Positions 23,910 through 35,385 of a DNA stretch of 64,000 nucleotides are shown in pieces. The stretch comes from Blepharisma stoltei ATCC 30299 (lineage: Eukaryota > Protista > Ciliophora). A program made the translations under genes and the position numbers. Numbering within the stretch: position 1 is the first letter of the stretch; each line of letters begins with the position of its first letter. The stretch is from the NCBI GenBank assembly GCA_965603825.1, contig CBFDEM010000050.1, positions 445,058 to 509,057 of the forward strand, written 5' to 3'. The notes below the pieces were generated by a model that was not told the origin of the DNA, did not search any database, and was given only the letters and a program-made list of their open reading frames with translations.

Positions 23910-24760
23910 TATTTTTAATAAAAAACTCCTCTCAATAGCTTTTTGGCTCTATATAGCTTCAATAAAGAAAGGTTTTCTTTGATACATCATTTTGCTTCTA
24001 CCCTTAATTTAGTACACCCAAAGGAAAATTTAACTGATTTTGAGAGATTTGCCTTTTTTACGTTCGTCTTGCACCTTTTCTTTTCTTCTTTTCTTCTTGA
24101 TTCTTCATTATTCATTTTATAAGTTCTTGACAGCAGCATCCTTCCAAATCTCCTTATACATGCTTTACAGTCCAAAATTTCACTGATATTAGCTTTTGGA
24201 TGCTATGGCTTTCATATTACTTTGGCGTTTTTACTCATAAGTTTAGTTTTTCTGACGGAGAGAACAAGAAATAGTGCTACTTTTTAAAAATTAAAATATT
24301 GCCCTTTGCCATTCCGAAATTATAGCATAAATAATTTCAAACAGATTTCATCCTAAAAGGGTTTTACTTTTATCTACTTCCTTCTAGATCTAGACCTGCA
24401 AAAGGGACTCTTTAAAATTCTAAAAATAAAATCATGCTAAGCATTTTGCTGGAAAATATTTAATCAAAATATTGTTTGATTTTCTTTTTGCTTCTAATAA
24501 TTAAGATTTTGAACGATCCCTGCCCATCATAATTCGAAATCAACAGACATCTTCTTGATTTTTAGTTTGCTTTAGCTCATTTCCTTTTCATATCTCAAAT
24601 ATATTCAGCTGGCCAATTATTTCTTGATGATTAAAGCAAGTCTTCATCTATCTTTTATCTTTGGAGCTACTTTTAGTATGAGTCTTTGGTTTTTAATTAT
24701 TTTTCGATCTTCACGGTATATAAAATTGCTCAACTTTTTGTAATTTCATCATTTTCCCAT
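23910..24760 (-). pseudogene. Decayed 'MGK..' family copy D (more diverged)
   Basis: Starts ATGGGAAAA and ends at the CCTCTCAATAGCT motif shared with copies A and B; includes the ORF fragment 23987-24175. Confidence 0.45.
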
Positions 24761-26058
24761 TTTTACTAATTTTGTCTTTATATATAAGTTTTATAACTTA
24801 TCCTAATGCCAAGCTAAACTAAGAAGGTGACAGTAATGAAATCAAGCTCAATCAGTGATTTGTCATAGCTCTTTTTAGCCTAAACTTTTCCTTTCAGATT
24901 TTCTAGCAATATTCTATGAGCGGTTTTAGATAACCCTAGGGGAGATGATTACATCCCAGCCAGGTTAATATAGATTACTAAAATTCATTTGGTTTTAAAT
25001 TAAAGGAGATGCTGTTTTTTAATTTTTTCAACTTTTATCACTATAGTCTGGTTATTTCGTTTATCAGTTTGCATGATGGATTATATTATGTCTTAATACG
25101 GTTTAGCTCGCACTTAGTCATCACCTGCCTATCCACGCCTGCTTTTTAGACAGATTAGAATTAAAGTCATTCCTGGATGGAAAATGAAGCATATCGAAAT
25201 AATAGAGTTGTAAAAATCATATCAAGTTAAGTCCTGAAAAATGTTTGAGAAATAGACTTTTAAATAATTAATGAGACTTTAATTAAAAATCTTGCTTTAC
25301 TTAAGAACAATCTGAAATTAAAATGCTTAAAGTGAAGTTTATATAATTTTTAAAAGGCATCAAAAATATTTTTAAAATAATGCTGCTAATGCTATTTGAA
25401 TTGAATTAAAGACCATTTCATGTTGCTATCAACCTTATTTTTGAATTATCAAACACAGATAAACTTAGGAAATGCAGCTTGACTAAAAAGCCAATTAAAA
25501 TATTGATATTAAAGGTAAATTAGCTTAAAAAGCTTCTCAAATAGATCTTTTAATAAAATTATTTTTAAAAATTTTAGCAATTCCATATTTAAGAATAAAA
25601 ATTAGCTATCTCTAAAAGGGAAAAAGGCTCAGTAATAAAAAATTTTGAAAATTCTAAAATTTGATGACTTTAACTTGGCGAATCGGTTAGGCCATTTCAT
25701 TTCAATCTTTATCTGTTAGGCAATTTTTTTATAAATTAATTTTTTACTATGTATTATTCTGCAGATTTAAGCAATTTTATCACTACAATATTTAAACACT
25801 AATTATAAATCATAGTCATACCTGTTTTAATCCATAAAAATCATACCTTATTATATTTTATTAAAAGTGCTTTTACTAGCTAAAAATTTCCAAAAAAATC
25901 ACAAAGACTACTAAACCGCTTTACTTGTTTACTCTTTAAATTATCCATAATATCGATGCCTATTCTTTTGATTCAAACTCAAATTATTATCAAAAATTGA
26001 TCTATCCCTTTTATTATGCATGATTATGTAAACCTTTATAAAATAAACAAATAAATAA

Positions 26059-26772
26059 ATGGTTAAAAATATACCTCAAGAGCTTGAGTCATCTAGAAAT
26101 CTCGAAATTCCAATTGAGCCTCCTCAAGAGCTCAGCTACCATTCTCAAGAACTACTTGGAGTTCATTCTTCACCTGAAAGTGTGCTCCCCGGAAGGGAAT
26201 ACACCCAAGGCAGAAAAAAATCTCCAATTAAATTTGAAAACACTGCTGTTGGATGCTTGATCCAATATCTCAGAAAAAACGGCCCAAGCTCAATAGAAGA
26301 TATTGTCCGGCACTTTACAGCAGTGGAGCATAATTTGGTGACAACCAGAGGGGGGAAATTTGTTAAGGATGCCTTTGGAATTGCCGATTATGCGATATCT
26401 TGGAACCCAAAGCTTTTCTTGCTGGATAGGCACTCCAATTATTGTATTAATGTAACCTAAAATTAGGAAGCAAAAGCTGCAGAGGCTGAAGAAAGTTTCA
26501 AAAACAGGGATGCCAGAAGGATTCAACAAACAAAAGAATCGGAAGAAAGAAATAATAAAAGATTAGAAAGGCAAAGGAAAAGAAGGGAGAGCTGGAAAAA
26601 GATAAGAAAAATCATTTTAAATGATTTAAGAGGGGATATGGAAAATCCTACATGCTTTACTAAGGTGTTTCTCATTTTGACATCAGGTAATAAAGAAGTG
26701 GCGAGCATGATGACTAAAGAAATCAGGGAAGCTTATGCAAGTATGATAAGAAATAACCCGAATTCTTCCTAA
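26059..26772 (+). CDS. 232-aa putative winged-helix protein, paralog of 13804; exons 26059-26451 and 26467-26772
   Basis: Near-identical core IKFENTAVGCLIQYLRKN..AISWNPKLFLLDRH and C-terminal TKVFLILTSGNKE after splicing. Confidence 0.85.
26452..26466 (+). other. 15-nt spliceosomal intron GTAACCTAAAATTAG
   Basis: GT..AG, A at position 10, in-frame TAA/TAG inside, homologous to 14215-14229. Confidence 0.92.
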
Positions 26773-28629
26773 TTTATCAATAATATAACCAAAAATATAA
26801 TAAAAACAATCGATAAATTTGCTTAAGTCTTAATTTTCGGTTCATATAAGCATCAAAATGACAATGATTCAAATGCGTTATATTTAATAAAATTTTAAAA
26901 GAAATAAAAATCAGTGTTGGGGAATCAAAATTAATTAAAAAGGCATCTGAAGATTGCTATTTTGCATGAAATAAGCCTTCTGGATATCACTTTTTACTGA
27001 ATAATCATCATTTATAAGAATCTTCAAAAATTTGTTGCCATTTTAAAAAAAGACCTCCAGTTCTTTTAATTACTGGAGTTTTAAAACAAGATTTGAGAAA
27101 TTTGAATTTAAATAAAAGCTTAGCAAGAGAAAATTATTATGATGACTTAATTTGCGATATGAAGTTCCATTATGCTTGGCGAAGACTATTATTTGATGCC
27201 AGATTAGAGTCCAGGCAAAATGACTAATAAATCAATGAGCTTAATTTGGTCTATATAAAAAAAGTTCTTCTAATGTTTAAGCGATCTAATGGTAGATTAT
27301 AGAGCTAATTATCTTAGAATAGCATTTATTAAGTGACTTAAAATTAAAATTAAATTTCTTAGAGCAAATCCTGCAGAAGAATAAGCCTATGTAATTAAAG
27401 ATATTATAATCTAAATATTTTATACAATAAATTGCATCCTAAGCTGTTTTTTGGCATTTCTAACATTTCAAGAAGGTTTTGAATAAAATGAAACCTAAGA
27501 AGAGTATACACACAGTATAGGTAAAATAAAGGGGATATATTATTGGGAACATCAAAAAAAGCCTTTGAAACATCAATGAAAATTAAATACAATAGGCAAT
27601 TATTCTCAAGTTTATCAAAAGTCTCGTCTAAAACAGAAAAATGACTCCCATACTGCAAATGAAGGAGTGAGCCTATCGCGCCTGAGTATTATACAATATA
27701 AAATCGTGGATTATAGAAAAACAATGATCGTATAATAAAACAAGAAGGCCAAAAGACTTTTAAAGACAAAACTTAATGAAATTATGGATGAATAAAAAGC
27801 TTAAACAAATTACCTTATTTCCCATGCAGCTAAATAGTCTCACCGATATAAATCCCTTTATATTGGGTAAGTTCACTTCACAAAGAAACCTTAAAAATCA
27901 TTTAGGGAATAAATAAGCATAACAGCTTTTAGATTTACGCTAGAGCCCCTTAGATGCTTCAAATAAAAATCAATCCCCAAAATAGCAATCACTCTTTTCA
28001 AGGCGCTCCTTCAATCTTTGAAAGTATCCGTAAAGTCCTTGCAGAAATAATAGAAAATATGCTGAAAAGCAAATCTCTGCTATATATAATTTATTTAGCA
28101 TCTCACGTGAGATCAAAAACTTATCAGCTGTGTTAACTTACACGAAAACATTTAAACTGCGACTGAAATCGTATAAAAGTTTGGTCTTACAGTAGAACTA
28201 ATTTAAAACTTTATTCCTATTGCTTCGCAGCTTAGCTTAGCCCAAAAATGCAATGCTAGCTTGAGAGGTTGGAGCACTTTAAGCTTATGCTAACTCATAG
28301 CACATATGAAGATTTTTCTCTTCATCAGATTTTGTATTGGGATAAGCATTGATTAGCTTAGTTCTTTATTGCATAATAATCTCATAGAAGCTAATTAGTC
28401 TGAAATCTCTTTATGGATTAGTGCTGAGCCTGAATTGCTAGCAATTTATTAATTAATACCTAAAATTACAAAATAATCACTATTTTCTGGACTAATATCA
28501 TAAATACTACAGAAAATGGATTGCATAACTGGTAAAATTATTTTAATTCAATTTGTGAATCGCGTTGTCTGTTTAAATAGCTACCTCTCATACCAATATA
28601 AATTTTAAACATTATTTGATATTTTAATT

Positions 28630-29780
28630 AGCTACTTCAGGGGCAGGATTTTCATCTTCCTTTTGCTCTTCCTCAACTTTGATTATCAAACTCCTCAGCA
28701 TTTTTCTTCTCTTCAGAATTTCCATTATCACTAGATCCCCCTCTCTTAATTGGATTTGGCTTGGTCGCAGCTATTAGAGGAATAACATTCTACAGATTAT
28801 TTTGTTTAGTCATTTTTATTTCCACTTTGAAATTAAAAGTGAGTGCAATAGACTTTGAGGACCTTAGCCCAGCTTTTAACTGAAATTATCAGTCTACTTG
28901 CAGTTTTCCGTCTTCTTCTTTTTTCTTTCTCCTTTCCATCTCTAATAATGCAGGCACCTTGGCTTGTTTTCTGGCTTCATTTTCTTTGCTAATTTCATAT
29001 TTATGGGTCAAAAATGTTTGAATATTTGTATTAAGTTGCTTTCTTTGAGATATTTTTTGCTTTGGCATTTATCTCCTTTGCACTCTCTAGACGTTAGCTC
29101 AAAACAAAGACTTTTCTGTCTGTATTTTTTTTAAACAATTGAAGCGATTTTTGCATAAGCTGGAGTCTTTGCCTTTAGGCAAGACGCGACAGAAATTGTA
29201 GCACAGAGTTTAAGATTGGCTTCATGTTATAGCCGCCCACTGCTGGCTGCTTCCTTCCACACTGATATAAGGATCTTGCTAAGCCTATCCCTATCCACTA
29301 AGGAGAGCTTATGTTTAAAGATTTAATTTTTCTCTTAAATCGAAGGATTGTGAGAAATGCCAAGCCTTTTCAATTTTGGCAATTTTAAAGGCTGCTGATT
29401 ACTATTTCATGTCTTGATCCTCAATCCTGTTACTTTGCAGCTCTACTAACTTTATCTTGGTTTTTGATATTGCAATGCAGTTTTATATAGTTTAAAAGTT
29501 GATAGCTTGCAATTATTTAACCGTATATGCTCAATAGATGTATTTTGAATTACAGAAAGTAATGCATTTAAGCATTCAGAGGAAATGCTTATACCTGACA
29601 ACTCAAGTGCTTCTTCAAATTGCAAAATCTAATAAAATTTCTCATACATTTTTTTATTGCTCTTAGGCGATAATCTGAATTCTAAGCACTGAATGCTGCT
29701 TCATTTCTTAGGACCTCCTATAAAGAATCAATTTCTAAAGGAGTTTCAACTAAAATCTGTATTCTCACTTTAAGTAAATT
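28630..29780 (-). pseudogene. Decayed inverted paralog of the LRR/C-terminal half of the UBL-LRR gene at 33169
   Basis: LELSGISISSECLNALLSVIQNTSIEHIRLNNC matches LDLSKTLISTEILNALLTVIRDSTIEHLALNNC; TLCYNFCRVLPKGKDSSLC matches ILCCDFCRFWPKLGDSGCC; many disruptions. Confidence 0.75.
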
Positions 29781-30288
29781 ATCGATGAATTTGAATAAAT
29801 GGTAAGTAAATATATAAAATTTATTTAAATACTCTAAATAATTTAAAGTTTTAAAGTTAATTGAATCAAAAATCTGGGATATTCAAGCAGAAGCATCAAA
29901 TTTATGAAAGGATTGAGCTGATGCTATTTATTGCTATTAATATTTCAAGCCTTAGTGTTTTTAATTTTCTCAATTATAACTATAATTTTTTAAATATCAC
30001 AAAATTACTTTTTTACTCAGGATAAATGTTAAAGAATACTCTGTAATTCCATTGGCACTTAACTCTTGTTTTTCGCATTATTTTTTCGAAATTTACCTAT
30101 TGGGTTTTGCATGATAGTTTTTTAAGATTTACTTTGAATTATTTTTTCAAAATAATTTGAGCTCGTTGCAGAACTTCAGCAAATACAATTATATATTATA
30201 AGGTATGAAGATATCTTTAATTAAGATAGAACAATAATCTATCTATCTATTTATTACTTATAACAATGCGTATGCATTGTTTAAGCTC

Positions 30289-31738
30289 TTATGAGCTTTT
30301 TCAAAACAAGTCGGTGGTTCTCATTTGCCTTTTATTATTTGTTCCATACTTCGTCTCTTTCGCCTCCATGTAGCTCCATGCTTTGCCCCTAAGTATTTTT
30401 CAGTGACATCTCTTTTCTGTTGCATCAGCATACCATATCACATCTTCTCTGCAGTTGATCTTCGAAAGTTTCAAATTTGCTTCATACTTTCCCCCGTATA
30501 GCACCACTTCTCTTCAGTCTATTTTGAGTTCTTCTAGCCTTTTTTGTAGCTTAAGACTCTGTTCTTCATAGGCATTTAGTCTTATAAATGTCGGCGTGTT
30601 TGTGCTACTCTTTCCTATGGTTAATTCCCTATAGAGTTTGGTAGTTTTTTCTGTTTCGTTTCTTAACCTCATCAAAGCTTCATCCAGGCTAAGCTGCCCC
30701 GCTGCTTCATCAATTTTCTTTTTTCAGTCCATCTTGTCTATTTTCGCCGGTAGACCGAACCCTGCTTTTGTCATTGCCCTCTTCCTTGATATTGCTTCCT
30801 CCCTCATGTCAGCCGTTAAATTTCCTTCATCTGATGCTATCTCGTCTCCTATTTTATTTATTCTCCCGCTGGTAAAACCACTTATTTTATCGTCTTCTTG
30901 CAGCTGCATCTGTTCCTCTGTTAGTGTTTTAAGGCCTAGTACCTTTTCCTGTGCCCTTTTATCCTTCCTCAGTCTTTCAGCCTTTATCTTCTCATTCTTC
31001 CTCTTCACCACTTTTTTGTGACCTTCTTCGTTGTGCCCAGGTTGTTTGCATATCTTACAGAACAGTGATCCTGGGTGCCTTAGAATTACTCTTTTTCCAT
31101 CAATGAATAATTCATCTGGCATGTCAAGCGCTTCTTCAACATTCCCAAATTCTCCGTATATGATGTACCTCGAGTGTGGACTGAAGTGTACCGAATATCT
31201 GTCTCCTCCACAATTTAATGCATTGTCCACTATTACCTCCACAACCCTGCATCTTGTGCTTGCCACTTCCACTACTTTTTCTATTGGTATTCCGACTGGA
31301 AATGTAAAGCCAATTCTATATCTCGCATAGTTTATGATTCCTTTCTCGACAACTGGCCCGACGGGTATGACTATATTCTTGCCTCTGTGTGCTGTCAGAA
31401 TTCCTCCTCTCTTCTTCATCTCTTCTCTCGCTATTTGCATATGTGGTGATTGCGTCTCCTGATGGTAATTGGATGCATCTTAGCACATCTCCCACGTTCG
31501 TTGCTCTCTCCAATGCTAAAATAAAGGAAGCATATAGCTCTCTTTTTTCTTCTAGGCTACCTTCAATGTTAAATTTCGAAAGGTAGATTTTTAATGTTTT
31601 GCTAATTTGATTAATCTCGCTGATATTTGGCAATTCTTCTTGGGGTGCCTGATACCCGTAGAATAACCGTTCTCTGCTCATACCCAAAATTTGCAGTTGC
31701 TCGTTTTGGTTAGCCTTGAGTTTTGGTACTCTGCGCAT
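30289..31738 (-). mobile_element. Non-LTR retrotransposon (Tx1/L1-like) ORF1/gag-like gene with RRM-like region and zinc knuckle; one frameshift near 31435
   Basis: IQLPSGDAITTY.., FPVGIPIEKVVEV.., MPDELFIDGKRVILRHPGSLFCKICKQPGHNEEGH (CX2CX4HX4H). With TGA=Trp the second frame runs to TAA at 30289. No intact ORF2 downstream. Confidence 0.7.
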
Positions 31739-31966
31739 ATTTTGGCTAAAATTAAATGTGATAGAACAATAATCAATAAAAGACACTGGAACATTCACAT
31801 TATAATTAAATGCCAAGAGCAGCACAGTTTAATAAATAATCACTTTTTTCCTAACAAAAAATTTTCTGAAATCAATTTTGAGCTTTTTATCTATAGCTAA
31901 AATACCGCGTTTTGTCAAAAATGGATCACAAAGCGCTAAGTTGAAATTGATATATTTTCTTCTCTC

Positions 31967-32938
31967 ATGAACAAGTTCGTAGAATCCCAAGATTGGCAAG
32001 AAAATAGCTTCCCCAACTCAGACAATAACAAACGTGCCACACGGCCAAGAGATTTCACAAGCAAAGAAGAATCAGAACTATTCAAATATCAAAAACTCTC
32101 AGAAGAAAATGATTCCTTAAGGAAAATCATCAGCCAAAAAGAATCAGAGCTTGAAGAGTGCCATAAACGGATTGATTCATTAGAAAAATGAATGAAAAGC
32201 AAAGTTTCTGAAATGAACCAAAAAATCGAAGATCTCAACAAAAATGAGGGTGAAGAAATTGCCCCGTTACTAGAACAGTTTAAAGAAGGGCTTATTGAGA
32301 GAGATGAAGACATACAAGAAAGGCTTTCTATGCTTGAAGAAGAGATTTCTTTATCAAGAAAAGGAGCCTCTACAGAAAAAGACAAAAAATCTACTAAAAA
32401 TACAGAAAGCGAGGAAAATAAAAAATCCTCTGAAGAAACCCCACAAAATAAAAGAAAAAGAAAGCCACCAGGAGAAAAAGCTAAAAAATCTAGGGCTAAG
32501 CCTAAAGCTAAGAAACCAAAAGCAAAAGAGTTTGACTCAGACGAAGAAGATTTCCCAAGATTATCAGGAAAATCGTCAAGCGATGAAGAAATTGAAAAAA
32601 AGCCAAGAGAAAAATCTCCTGAAAGGGAAAAGCCAAAGATAAAGAAAACTCCAATTGCTGATATAAAAATTAAGAAAAATAAAGAAAAATTAAGCGAAGA
32701 GGAGACGAGTGATGCTTCAAAGACAAAGAAGCTGCCAGTTATTGAGGAAAAAAATAAGAAAAACAAAGAAAAATTAAGCGAAGAAGAGATGACGGATAAT
32801 TCGAAAAGAAAAATGTCAGATGAAGAAGCTCCGAAGAAAAAGCCAGTCAAAAGGCCGAATGAGCCTGTTGAATTTTTAGAAGAATGCACAGAAGAAGATT
32901 GGAATAAAGCGGCTTGGAATCGAATACTTAAAAAATAA
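31967..32938 (+). CDS. 323-aa coiled-coil, Lys/Glu-rich low-complexity protein
   Basis: ORFs 31967-32191 and 32192-32938 are joined by TGA=Trp; internal duplication KKNKEKLSEEE x2; TAA stop. Confidence 0.8.
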
Positions 32939-33168
32939 CTGCTACTAATGTAAATTTCATTTGGTCATAGGAAAAGGCTAAAAATTTTTCTTAAAGTTTA
33001 GGGAAGTAAACCGTTTGAATTTTATAGATTTCTTCATTAGAGACTCAATTTGTCTTTATAACTCCTTTAGTTTTAAGTTTTAACTGCTTGCTTTAATTAT
33101 GCTTTATAAAGCCATTTATTCACCACTAATTCTAATTGATCTATAATTTTTAATTGACCGGCTGTAAG

Positions 33169-35385
33169 ATGAAAATCCAAATTTTGATCAAAAACCTTGA
33201 AGGAGTCATTGGCGCTGTTGAGTGTGAGGATGCAGAGACAATTGAGGTTCTGAAGGAAAGAATTAGCCGCAGCCAAGGTGTCCAAATAAGCCAATTCACC
33301 CTCTTTTTCGGAGGTAGACCTTTGGACCTTAAAACTACTATAAGCGCAAATAGAATCGTAAAAGACAGCACTATTGCCATGAAAAAAGTAGAAACTGAAG
33401 AAGAGAGCAATGGGTTCAGCTATTCAAAAACATGGCCAAGAGGAATCCTTGGTGCACTTAAGAGTTTCAATAAGGCTTCAGATCCTAATGAAATTTGGGA
33501 GAGAGTCGGTCTAGAATTAACAAGATTAGTCATCGGCAACCACTCTTTTAAGTGAAACTTGGACAAGATGTGTGTTAGCTATATGGGGATTAACAAAGAG
33601 ATGGATGACCTTGATGAGCAGTGGCATATGGATACATCATATTTTGGCGTAGAGCAAAGAAAAAGTGTATTCGACATCTTCAAATGGAATTACATCTTTC
33701 TTGAGGAAAGAGGTGAAACTGAAGAAGGCTTAGGCAAGAAGTATGATGATACAGAACTTTCTAGAAGTTATGAACTAATTCTTAGAGATTATAGAAGCCC
33801 TAAAACTTTTGTTGTGCTAGATAAAAACCCGTCACTAAAGCTTAATGATGATTCAAACGACAACTTTGTATTTGATACGTTGTCGTGGGATAAAGTAGAA
33901 AAAGGTAGAACACAACAGTTATCAAAAAATCAGCAAACGCTAAGAATGAAAAAATCAACAAAAGATATGTCAGGTAGAGTTGAACTAAATGAGGATATCG
34001 AGAGATACAAAAATCAAGCTCTCAACTTAAAAAATGGCTATTTTAACGATGTTCTGGATTTTGGGCGAGGCTTAAAAGAGAGAACTAAAGTTATCAAATC
34101 ATTGAAAATCAAAGGAGAGTTTGCATTCAAGCCTTTTTTCACAAAGCTGCATAAAGATTACATTAACCAGATTGATCATAACCTCGATCTCTTTAAGGGC
34201 ATATTCGACGGTTTTAAAATGTGCGCAGGCATTAACTGCCTAAAACTCAAGCTATCACATAGTAATGAATCTGAGCAGGCTGAAAATGTTCTAAAAATGT
34301 TACAAGAAATTGCAGTAAATGACAACTTAAAGTACAATTTAAAGTACCTCGACCTTTCAAAAACCTTGATTTCCACAGAAATTTTAAATGCACTGCTCAC
34401 CGTTATCAGAGATTCCACTATTGAGCACTTGGCGTTAAATAACTGCATTTTTGAAAACAATGGACTAGATATATTATCCAATTCGTTTTCAGAGAGCGCA
34501 ATTGTGTCAATAGAGCTAAGAAATAACAATATTGACGATGAGTTCCTAAAGAAATTGCTTCATAAATTCGAGAATTGCAGGTACTTAAAACGACTTGATA
34601 TTTCACATAATCCAATTGGGGCCAAATGTGAAGAAAGTATAAAAAATTTGATAAGAAAAACTGGAATTACCTCGCTTAATATCAGCCACACTCACATTGT
34701 GCAGAAAGAACTTAATGCAATTTTAAATTGTGCTGGCTGTTCACAGCTCGAATATATCTGCATTGAGGGCAACAGTAAAAAAGATATTCTTCAAAATTAC
34801 AGCACTTTGGGGAAAATCCTATGCTGCGATTTCTGTAGATTTTGGCCTAAATTAGGCGATTCAGGATGTTGTCTTGCTATTCAAAACTGTTTCGCAATCA
34901 AAGCACATCAGCGTGTTGAAGCAGATGGTGATCAGGAGCAAAAATCAAGAGATATCAATAAGAAAGCAGAAAATGTCCAAAAGAAAAGGCAGCTCGACAG
35001 GAACTTGGACCAGTTATTAGAAGAAAAGATAAGGAAAATGAAAGAAAAGTTAACTATACAAGCAAAAATTGGTTCTGAAGATTATGAAAGAGAAAAAAAG
35101 CGTCTTGAAGAAGAAGAAAGAAATAAAGAAGAAGAAAAAAAGCATGAGCTGAGAGTATCTGAAGTTGGAGCTGCCAAGATTCAATCAACGATCATTACCA
35201 CGAGCAATTCTACTAACAACAATACAATGGATACGAGAAATAACTTGCAAGATGTCGCGAGCCCAAAGGCTATTGAGAATGCACCCCAAGAGCCTGAGAA
35301 AAAAACTGCACCTATTAAAAGTGACCCAGCTGACATCATTGACAAAGTGGATGGATTTGTAAAGAATCTGGAGAAGATGGAATAA
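33169..35385 (+). CDS. 738-aa protein: N-terminal ubiquitin-like domain, RI-type leucine-rich repeats, Cys cluster, coiled coil
   Basis: MKIQILIKNLEG..ETIEVLKERI..QFTLFFGGRPL..IVKDSTI (UBL); LKYLDLSKT, IEHLALNNC, IELRNNNI, LKRLDISHNPIG (LRR); the two ORFs are joined by TGA=Trp at 33553. Confidence 0.88.

Noticed and set aside
31425-31445. AAATAG at the ORF1 frameshift, suggesting Euplotes-type programmed +1 frameshifting
   Set aside because: AAA-TAG is in neither of the two coding frames, and that mechanism is described for euplotids, not heterotrichs.
31850-31857. CCTAACA as an internal telomere seed
   Set aside because: A single 7-mer is expected by chance.
32089-32889. 266-aa minus-strand Phe/Ser/Leu-rich ORF and similar shadow ORFs across the window
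   Set aside because: Antisense or alternative-frame by-products of biased coding sequence on the real strand.
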